A stretch of DNA of 4,828 bases, taken from the IMG/VR virus record IMGVR_UViG_2541047125_000007; one strand, 5' to 3'. Below, piece by piece: positions 1 to 4,828 of this stretch. Every line of letters starts with the position of its first letter. Position 1 is the first letter of the stretch. Made by a program: the position numbers and the translations under genes. The notes below the pieces were generated by a model. The model searched no databases and was not told the origin of the DNA. It saw only the letters and a program-made list of their open reading frames with translations. The stretch comes from a virus (Duplodnaviria; Heunggongvirae; Uroviricota; Caudoviricetes).

Positions 1-1
1 C

Positions 2-53
2 ATTGATGTCACGACGGAAGATTTAGCAAGTGCGCTTGATGTGACGGAAGACG
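2..53. repeat. Two direct iteron-like repeats (TTGATGTCACGACGGAAGA and TTGATGTGACGGAAGACG)
   Basis: Copy 1 is at about 3-21 and copy 2 at about 36-53, differing by a 3-nt indel and one substitution. Both contain the GTCAC/GTGAC core seen in the downstream iterons and encode a repeated DVT(T)ED peptide in the initiator. Confidence 0.4.
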
Positions 54-865
54 TAATTGATTCAATTTTGCATGCAATGCAGGGGCGGGTTCTGGATGGT
101 GACCTTATTTCCGGATGGGAAAAACGTCAGGTGCTGAAAGAGGACAATGGTAATGTTTCGCAAACCGCAAAATCCCCGGCAGAGCGCAAGAGAGCGCAGC
201 GGGAGCGGGAAAGACTGCGGAAGCAGAACACTGATTGTCACGATGAGTCACGACGCGTCACGCATATGTCACGACAAGTCACGACAGATACAGATACAGA
301 TAAAGAATTAAACCCCACACATAACGCGCGCATGCGCGAGAGTGCTCCGACCAGTGAGTCGAATGGCGCGCCGTTGCAGACAGCCGAACCTGAATACCTG
401 GACGGCCTGAGCGAACCGATCGGGAAATTTCCGATGACTGGTGTCTGGCAGCCGTCGCCGGATTTTCGACAGCGGGCAGCAGTGTGGGGTATGGCTCTGC
501 CTGAGCCTGAGTTTACACCTGCTGAGCTTGCCGCATTCCGGGATTACTGGATGGCGGAGGGGAAGGTTTTCACGCAGGTTCAGTGGGAGCAGAAATTTGC
601 CCGTCACGTGCAGCACGTCAGGGCACAGGTAAAACCAGTCAGCAAGGGGGGAAGCCATGCAGCATCAGGTGGCACGGCATCACGGGCAGTTCAGGAAATC
701 CGGGCTGCACGCGAACAGTGGGAACGTGACAACGGATTTATCAGCAACGGAAACGGCCTGGAAGCTGTGGGAGCTCATGGGGGAGGTGTATTCGAACCGC
801 TGGACTCAGAAGAACGGGGCCGCACCTTCGAAGCTCTGGATTGCCCAGATTGGTGCGATGACTGA
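2..865 (+). CDS. Phage replication initiator, 5'-partial, with a DnaT-like C-terminal domain
   Basis: The frame is open from window position 2 with no upstream stop, so the true start lies left of the window (the ORF track's GTG at 41 is internal). Stop is TGA at 863-865. Residues from about nt 410-630 (PIGKFPMTGVWQPSPDF...FTPAELAAFRDYWMAEGKVFTQVQWEQKFARHVQ) closely match my recollection of the C-terminal ssDNA-binding domain of E. coli primosomal protein DnaT. A basic linker (AERKRAQRERERLRKQ) is followed by the iteron-encoded segment, as in lambda O-type initiators with an internal ori. Confidence 0.8.
   Translation: MDVTTEDLASALDVTEDVIDSILHAMQGRVLDGDLISGWEKRQVLKEDNGNVSQTAKSPAERKRAQRERERLRKQNTDCHDESRRVTHMSRQVTTDTDTDKELNPTHNARMRESAPTSESNGAPLQTAEPEYLDGLSEPIGKFPMTGVWQPSPDFRQRAAVWGMALPEPEFTPAELAAFRDYWMAEGKVFTQVQWEQKFARHVQHVRAQVKPVSKGGSHAASGGTASRAVQEIRAAREQWERDNGFISNGNGLEAVGAHGGGVFEPLDSEERGRTFEALDCPDWCDD
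233..340. repeat. Putative replication origin: five helically phased TCACGAC-type iterons, an AT-rich tract, then a 12-bp GC palindrome
   Basis: TCACG cores start at 238, 248, 258, 269 and 279 (spacing 10, 10, 11, 10 bp). They are followed by (GATACA)-like repeats and the AT-rich stretch agatacagatacagataaagaattaaa (about 285-311), then the perfect palindrome CGCGCATGCGCG at 327-338. This is the same order of elements as ori-lambda, which lies inside the O gene. Confidence 0.6.
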
Positions 866-1319
866 ACAGCAAATCCGTCTGGTGTGCCGTCAGTGCATGG
901 ACCGCTGCCGGGCGGGTGAAACGTGGCCCCCGGACCTGGCTGAGTTTGTTGCGCTGATTTCGGAGAGTGGGGCAAATCCATTTGGTCTTACGGTGGATGC
1001 CGTGATGGAAGAGTACCGGCGCTGGCGCAATGAATCCTGGCGATACGACGGGAGTGATAAATACCCGTGGCCACAGCCTGTGCTGTACCACATCTGCCTC
1101 GAAATGCGTACCAGAGGGATTGAGCGCCAGATGACGCAAGGTGAGTTAAAACGACTTGCAGAACGGCAACTGACGAAATGGGCAAAGCAAGTTGGTAACG
1201 GGATGAGTATTCCCCCGATCCGGAGACAACTCGCATCGCCGAAGTGCCCGCAAGGGCCAACGCCAATTGAATTACTGAAACAGGAATACGAGCGCCGGAA
1301 GGCGGCTGGTTTTGTTTGA
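657..1319 (+). CDS. P: Lambda P-like replication protein (DnaB helicase loader family)
   Basis: The C-terminal two thirds align by eye with lambda P (WPPDLAEFVAL ~ FLPSPGQFVAW; YPW; GELKRLAERQL ~ AELRRKAADEL; IPPIRRQL ~ IPEPVKQL). ATG at 657 is preceded by a strong SD (AAGGGGGGAAG at 644-654), and the frame opens just after a TAA at 630-632. Stop is TGA at 1317-1319. Alternative starts are ATG 777 (GGGAG SD) or ATG 858; the N-terminal similarity to lambda P seems to extend upstream of 858, favouring 657 or 777. Confidence 0.75.
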   Translation: MQHQVARHHGQFRKSGLHANSGNVTTDLSATETAWKLWELMGEVYSNRWTQKNGAAPSKLWIAQIGAMTEQQIRLVCRQCMDRCRAGETWPPDLAEFVALISESGANPFGLTVDAVMEEYRRWRNESWRYDGSDKYPWPQPVLYHICLEMRTRGIERQMTQGELKRLAERQLTKWAKQVGNGMSIPPIRRQLASPKCPQGPTPIELLKQEYERRKAAGFV

Positions 1320-1352
1320 ATCTGAGAAACGATTTTGTCGGAGGAAATTTTA

Positions 1353-2069
1353 ATGGAAACCGTATCTGACGCACTGAAAGCACTGAAAAAAGCCTCTTCA
1401 CATGTGGTGGCAGCTCGCCTTGGAATCAGTCGTGAAGAGGCTGTCAACGAACTGTGGAAACTGAAACGCCGTGGAGAAGCGGATAACAAGGGGGCGATAT
1501 GGTGGCTGACTCAGGCTGGTGAAAGTGAACCGGTGTCACCGGTACCGAAAGTGACGGCGCAAATGCTGACAGAGGCGATTGAACAACATGGCCCACAAAC
1601 GGCGGATGAACTGGCATTGATGTTCGGAATTACCTCCCGCCGGGCGAATTCATCGCTGGCAATGGCAATCAGCAAAGGGTGTCTGATTCGCGTGAATCAG
1701 GATGGTAAATTTCGTTACTGCATACCGGGCGTTGATTTACCGGCAGAGCCGAAAGCAGCATCCGTAGCTGAAACGGAGGGTAAAGCCCTTCCTCAGCCAG
1801 CTGGTGTTGCGTTACCAGTCCAGGAAACGGCTGCACAGGAAGAAATTAAAACAGAAGCGGTGGAGGACATTGTGAAGTTGCAGCAATCGTTCACTGAAGC
1901 GAAAGCAGATGACCTGATTCTACCATCGCTGCATGTGGCTAACCGCGAGCTGCGCCGGGCGAAAAGTAATGTTCAGAAGTGGGAGCGAGTCTGTGCTGCG
2001 CTACGGGAACTGAACAAACACAGGGATATTCTCCGGGATATTACCGCCACCAGAGAGCAGCAGCGGTGA
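1353..2069 (+). CDS. Hypothetical protein with two winged-helix-like segments and a C-terminal coiled-coil-like region
   Basis: ATG at 1353 with SD GGAGGAA at 1340-1346 (the ORF track's 1335 start is a TTG in the same frame). Stop is TGA at 2067-2069. The segments [38 protein letters not shown] and [43 protein letters not shown] look like tandem wHTH units; the charged, heptad-like C-terminus suggests oligomerisation. It may belong to a DUF-type phage family, but I cannot confirm this from memory. Confidence 0.7.
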   Translation: METVSDALKALKKASSHVVAARLGISREEAVNELWKLKRRGEADNKGAIWWLTQAGESEPVSPVPKVTAQMLTEAIEQHGPQTADELALMFGITSRRANSSLAMAISKGCLIRVNQDGKFRYCIPGVDLPAEPKAASVAETEGKALPQPAGVALPVQETAAQEEIKTEAVEDIVKLQQSFTEAKADDLILPSLHVANRELRRAKSNVQKWERVCAALRELNKHRDILRDITATREQQR

Positions 2070-2383
2070 GTGGCTGGAAGAAGTGGCGCTGGGCTGAAAT
2101 CCTGATACTCCGGCAGTGTGCGGGAACGATGAGAGTCGAAAGCATCGGTTATCTGATTGGCCGTAGTGAGTCAGCCGTCAGGACGAAAGCGCGGGAACTG
2201 GGTATCAGCATGATGTTACGGGGTGATTATCACCAGTCAGCCAAATGTTCACAGCGTGATATTGAGCTGGCGTGGCAACTGCATCAGCGTGGTGTACCCC
2301 GACGGGAAATTGCCGAAAAGTTTGGGATGAAGTTGGGCGCAGTGAATAACTACGTTTATTTCGACAGGAGGGTTCAGGAGTGA
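2066..2383 (+). CDS. Small helix-turn-helix DNA-binding protein
   Basis: GTG at 2066 overlaps the upstream stop as GTGA (translational coupling); alternative start is ATG 2111. Stop is TGA at 2381-2383. [35 protein letters not shown] is a classic HTH of the resolvase or sigma region-4 type, and the N-terminal half ([10 protein letters not shown]...[24 protein letters not shown]) resembles a second DNA-binding motif. The upstream part of the track ORF (from 1979) lies inside the previous gene. Confidence 0.6.
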   Translation: MSGWKKWRWAEILILRQCAGTMRVESIGYLIGRSESAVRTKARELGISMMLRGDYHQSAKCSQRDIELAWQLHQRGVPRREIAEKFGMKLGAVNNYVYFDRRVQE

Positions 2384-2682
2384 GGGTGAGGGTTTATATC
2401 GCCGGTCCGATGACGGGATATGAAAATTTTAACCGCGAGGCATTTCACAAAACGGAAGAGGTGCTGAAACGGGAAGGGCATACCGTTTTAAACCCGGCAG
2501 TACTTCCGGACGGGCTGACTCAGCCACACTACATGGATATTTGCATGGCAATGCTCCGTTGCGTGGATGCGGTTTACATGCTGAAAGGCTGGCAGCAGTC
2601 GGCAGGTGCAGGGGCTGAGCTGGCACTGGAGGAGAAACCGGGCCATGCGGTGATTTTTCAGGAGGTGGGCAGTGAATATTGA
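2380..2682 (+). CDS. DUF4406-like protein (nucleoside 2-deoxyribosyltransferase-like fold)
   Basis: GTG at 2380 overlaps the upstream stop (GTGA) with AGGAGG at 2366-2371; alternative GTG at 2386 has AGGAG 5 nt upstream. Stop is TGA at 2680-2682. The motifs VYIAGPMTG near the N-terminus and GW..SAGAGAE.A.A...G..V near the C-terminus fit this superfamily as I recall it. Confidence 0.7.
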   Translation: MRVRVYIAGPMTGYENFNREAFHKTEEVLKREGHTVLNPAVLPDGLTQPHYMDICMAMLRCVDAVYMLKGWQQSAGAGAELALEEKPGHAVIFQEVGSEY

Positions 2683-2989
2683 CCCGGCGATAACGATTGA
2701 TATGGCCCTGAACGCCGGCCTGGCACTTCTTGGTTATTTCTACATTATGTTCTGCAGCGGACGATGGCTGTCACTGTTGTTCATGAAAAAATGGAATAAA
2801 CGCCGTAAGCAGGAGCAACGCCAGAAGGCAATGGATGCATTTTTCGAAGCCTTCGGAATTGACGGCATGGAACCAGGGGATCCAGCTCGCGCAATCAGCA
2901 GAGGGGGTGTAGTAATCCTTGTATATCGGAGTGAAGAGAAAAATGACGATCACAAAACAACGTGTAGAAGAAATCATATCCCGCATTGA
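2672..2989 (+). CDS. Small membrane protein with one predicted TM helix and a basic juxtamembrane segment
   Basis: GTG at 2672 has AGGAGG 6 nt upstream and overlaps the previous gene by 11 nt; alternative start is ATG 2702. Stop is TGA at 2987-2989. The hydrophobic stretch ALNAGLALLGYFYIMFCSGRWLSLLFM is followed by KKWNKRRKQEQRQK. Confidence 0.55.
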   Translation: MNIDPAITIDMALNAGLALLGYFYIMFCSGRWLSLLFMKKWNKRRKQEQRQKAMDAFFEAFGIDGMEPGDPARAISRGGVVILVYRSEEKNDDHKTTCRRNHIPH

Positions 2990-3260
2990 AATGTATGGAC
3001 ATGGTGCAGGGTATATCGCAGACGAGGTTAATGATCTGGCTATACTGGCGCTGAATTTATCAAATATCGCGAACCTGAAGCGATACGAGCTTGATATGGG
3101 AGGTTGCGACTCGTGCGGTCAGGATTGTGGCGCTGATATGACTGAAGATCCTGATGGTGATTATGTCCTGTTTGATGACGTGGTTAAGTTGTTTGAATTT
3201 GATACAACCACTCAAAAGTTAGAAATCCCGGCAAAGGAGGCAGCCAGTGGGCAAGATTGA
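2943..3260 (+). CDS. Small strongly acidic protein with a Cys cluster (CDSCGQDCG)
   Basis: ATG at 2943 is preceded by GGAGTGAAGAG; the ORF track's 2919 start is a TTG in the same frame. Stop is TGA at 3258-3260. By manual count there are about 20 or more Asp/Glu against fewer than 10 Lys/Arg in about 105 aa. The start overlaps the 3' end of the membrane-protein gene by 47 nt, so the start is uncertain (alternative ATG 2991). Confidence 0.55.
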   Translation: MTITKQRVEEIISRIEMYGHGAGYIADEVNDLAILALNLSNIANLKRYELDMGGCDSCGQDCGADMTEDPDGDYVLFDDVVKLFEFDTTTQKLEIPAKEAASGQD

Positions 3261-3684
3261 CTATCAGGCACTGCGTGAGGCAGCACAAAACTATCAATCG
3301 ACGCTGGCGTGGTATCAGGCTACCCCGGACAGCCCAAATGCTGAACGGGATTGTGATGCGGCTCTTGCTGCGTTTAAGCGTCACATCCGTCATCGGGAAG
3401 CGGATATTATCGCTGATTTGCTGGATGGACTGGAAGAAGCAAAATCACAACTCAACGAGCAGCGTGAGTATTACGAAGGCGTTATCTCTGATGGGAGCAA
3501 GCGTATTGCTGAACTGGAAGCGCGGGAAGTTCAATTACCGACTCGCTACGACCTTCGATATGGACACCCGATAAATGCAGATGAGCGACATGTCATGATA
3601 CCTAAAGAAAATGGCAGTTGGCTTTACCTGATTGACCTAGAACACGCATTACGCGTCGCTGGCATTCGCATCAAAGGAGAGTGA
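3247..3684 (+). CDS. Hypothetical protein with an Ea22-like N-terminal motif and a coiled-coil-like middle region
   Basis: GTG at 3247 with SD AAGGAGG at 3232-3238; stop is TGA at 3682-3684. The N-terminus IDYQALREAAQNY resembles the conserved N-terminus I recall for ead/Ea22-like prophage proteins (low-confidence family call). The central EADIIADLLDGLEEAKSQLNEQREYYEG...AELEAREVQ is heptad-like. Confidence 0.6.
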   Translation: MGKIDYQALREAAQNYQSTLAWYQATPDSPNAERDCDAALAAFKRHIRHREADIIADLLDGLEEAKSQLNEQREYYEGVISDGSKRIAELEAREVQLPTRYDLRYGHPINADERHVMIPKENGSWLYLIDLEHALRVAGIRIKGE

Positions 3685-3685
3685 G

Positions 3686-3877
3686 ATGAACGGACAAATA
3701 TCAATTGTTCGACCAGGAGCATGTGACGATCGCGAAATACGAATGATTATTCGTCTGGCGATGGGGAAAACAATAACTGCTCTCATTACTCCAGAAAATC
3801 TCGCATTAGCATTAACAGGAAAGTCAGACATGCCAGTAGAGCTAAAGCTGCGAAATGTTGAGATTAAGGTGAAATAG
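3686..3877 (+). CDS. Small hypothetical protein (63 aa)
   Basis: ATG at 3686 is 2 nt after the upstream stop, with SD AAAGGAGAG at 3672-3680. Stop is TAG at 3875-3877. No recognisable motif. Confidence 0.5.
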   Translation: MNGQISIVRPGACDDREIRMIIRLAMGKTITALITPENLALALTGKSDMPVELKLRNVEIKVK

Positions 3878-3879
3878 CT

Positions 3880-4437
3880 ATGACCACTATTACCAAAGAT
3901 CGACTGCTGACAATCCAGCATTGGCGCGAAACATACGGACCGGGTAGCAACGTTGTGCTTCCAGCAGAAGAAGCGGAAGAGCTGGCACGGATTGCGCTGG
4001 CATCACTGGCAGCAGTATCGGATGAACGAGCAGCCTATGAATTATTTATGGAGAAGCGTTTCGGAGAATCTGTAGATCGCCGCAGAGCAAAAAATGGCGA
4101 TAGAGAATACATGGCATGGGATATGGCGCTTGGCTGGATTATCTGGTGTCACCGCGCCGCCATGCTTCAGGCTGGAAACTTTCGGGAAAATAAGGGTTCG
4201 TCAACCAATAATTTTCGGATAATCTCGGAAACGTCAACCAACTCTCCGGCAATCCCTGATGAGGTGTTGTCCGCAATCCTGAAGGTCGCCAGGCTTCGTG
4301 CAGATTTCGATGCTTCTGAAGTGGACAGGCGAGGTATCGGTAGTTGTCTGGATGAGGCCGAGCAAGAACTTATCGTTACCATTAACGAATACGCCAGTCA
4401 GATCGCAGTAGAAGCGACACAGGGGGAGAACCAATGA
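3880..4437 (+). CDS. Hypothetical phage protein (185 aa)
   Basis: ATG at 3880 is 2 nt after the upstream stop, with a weak SD (AAGGTGA). Stop is TGA at 4435-4437. It is in the same orientation and tightly packed with its neighbours. I do not recognise the family with confidence. Confidence 0.65.
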   Translation: MTTITKDRLLTIQHWRETYGPGSNVVLPAEEAEELARIALASLAAVSDERAAYELFMEKRFGESVDRRRAKNGDREYMAWDMALGWIIWCHRAAMLQAGNFRENKGSSTNNFRIISETSTNSPAIPDEVLSAILKVARLRADFDASEVDRRGIGSCLDEAEQELIVTINEYASQIAVEATQGENQ

Positions 4438-4511
4438 GCCGGCCAGATGCATTTGCAGGCGTTGCTATAGCTATTGCTTTTCTAGTATATGTTATTTGTC
4501 GGTGGGGGTAA
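4434..4511 (+). CDS. Putative 25-aa hydrophobic micro-peptide (MSRPDAFAGVAIAIAFLVYVICRWG)
   Basis: ATG at 4434 overlaps the upstream stop as ATGA and has a strong SD (AGGGGGAG at 4421-4428). Stop is TAA at 4509-4511. It has a single TM-like hydrophobic core and falls below the ORF-track length cutoff. Confidence 0.35.
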   Translation: MSRPDAFAGVAIAIAFLVYVICRWG

Positions 4512-4546
4512 AAACGTTCGCCGGGATTCACACCAAGGGAGGGAAT

Positions 4547-4651
4547 ATGTCGGATGATATTTCACTGGTAATGGAAGGCGCTCTGGCTGTTATTGCTGTT
4601 GTGGGTGTTTACTGCCTGGTTGTGTTTTTGATGGAGCGCCTGGGGAACTGA
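4547..4651 (+). CDS. Putative 34-aa hydrophobic micro-peptide (MSDDISLVMEGALAVIAVVGVYCLVVFLMERLGN)
   Basis: ATG at 4547 has a strong SD (AAGGGAGGG at 4535-4543, 3-4 nt spacing). Stop is TGA at 4649-4651. It has an acidic N-terminus and a TM-like core, and falls below the ORF-track length cutoff. Confidence 0.4.
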   Translation: MSDDISLVMEGALAVIAVVGVYCLVVFLMERLGN

Positions 4652-4661
4652 ATTCATTCCG

Positions 4662-4677
4662 TATGGGAATTCCCATA
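4662..4677. promoter_or_regulatory. 16-bp perfect palindrome TATGGGAATTCCCATA (possible operator or protein-binding site)
   Basis: The perfect dyad sits 11 nt after the last small ORF. No U-tract follows, so it is unlikely to be an intrinsic terminator. Confidence 0.35.
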
Positions 4678-4828
4678 TCGGGCAAAACGGTTTGCTGTAA
4701 AGCGAGAGTTAAGTAGAATTGCTGCGGGTGCTTGAGGCTGTCTGCCTCGGGCATGCCACCGTAAGGTAGACAGAGAAAAGCCCCAGTTAACATTACGCGT
4801 CCTGCAAGACGCCTAACATTAATCTGAG

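Noticed and set aside
441-632. 63-aa + strand ORF in an alternative frame inside the initiator gene
   Set aside because: It overlaps the well-supported DnaT-like coding frame and has an Arg/Ser-rich composition; most likely a chance ORF.
308-658. 116-aa ORF on the minus strand
   Set aside because: It lies entirely antisense within the initiator gene, whose product has a clear DnaT-like domain. It has no evident SD and a Cys/Arg-rich, low-complexity composition typical of antisense frames.
1335-1352. ORF-track start at 1335 (TTG) for the gene ending at 2069
   Set aside because: The in-frame ATG at 1353 has a well-spaced GGAGG SD; the TTG at 1335 has none.
741-1489. Cluster of minus-strand ORFs (741..1139, 775..981, 890..1489, 988..1401)
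   Set aside because: All are antisense to the P-like gene, which has clear homology on the + strand. They overlap one another in different frames and have Ser/Arg/Pro-rich composition typical of antisense frames in GC-balanced coding DNA.
1979-2065. 5' extension of the ORF-track entry 1979..2383 (start at ATG 1979)
   Set aside because: This part lies inside the upstream gene 1353..2069 in another frame. The GTG at 2066, forming a GTGA stop/start overlap, is a more plausible coupled start.
2429-2626. 65-aa minus-strand ORF
   Set aside because: Antisense within the DUF4406-like gene, which has recognisable family motifs on the + strand.
2771-2986. 71-aa minus-strand ORF
   Set aside because: Antisense within the membrane-protein and acidic-protein genes; no SD noted; the + strand genes have strong RBSs and an operon context.
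3184-3393. 69-aa minus-strand ORF
   Set aside because: Antisense across the junction of two + strand genes; no supporting signals.
3257-3574. 105-aa + strand ORF in an alternative frame
   Set aside because: It overlaps the 3247..3684 gene, which has a strong SD and an Ea22-like N-terminus. This frame gives an Arg/Ser/Leu-rich product with no RBS.
3649-3921. 90-aa minus-strand ORF
   Set aside because: Antisense over three tightly coupled + strand genes; likely chance.
4167-4452. Two minus-strand ORFs (4167..4382 and 4234..4452)
   Set aside because: Antisense within the 3880..4437 gene and mutually overlapping; no RBS evidence.
4662-4677. The palindrome as a rho-independent terminator
   Set aside because: No U-rich tract follows the dyad, and the stem would be short with an AATT loop; more consistent with a protein-binding site.
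4590-4793. 67-aa minus-strand ORF spanning the micro-peptide and the 3' non-coding region
   Set aside because: Gln/Pro-rich low-complexity product with no obvious SD. Not fully excluded because the region is otherwise non-coding, but support is weak.
1-4828. CRISPR array, tRNA/rRNA, or insertion-sequence ends
   Set aside because: No regularly spaced repeat-spacer array, no tRNA-like cloverleaf region, and no terminal inverted repeats with a transposase ORF were seen. The only repeats are the ori iterons.

Overview
This window reads as the early-right (replication) region of a lambdoid phage or prophage from an enterobacterial host, with every supported gene on the + strand. It holds the 3' portion of a replication initiator gene (open at the left edge) with an origin-like iteron, AT-rich and palindrome architecture embedded in it, followed by a lambda P-like helicase loader. 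Downstream is a tightly packed, translationally coupled block of about ten small accessory genes of mostly unknown function, sitting where lambda carries its nin region. I found no rRNA, tRNA, CRISPR array or transposase/integrase. All homology statements are from visual reading and memory of protein families, not from database searches. The most interesting candidates are the accessory block (a nucleoside 2-deoxyribosyltransferase-fold protein, a membrane protein, a strongly acidic Cys-containing protein and two unannotated hydrophobic micro-peptides) and an unusual ~200-nt out-of-frame overlap between the initiator and the P-like gene.
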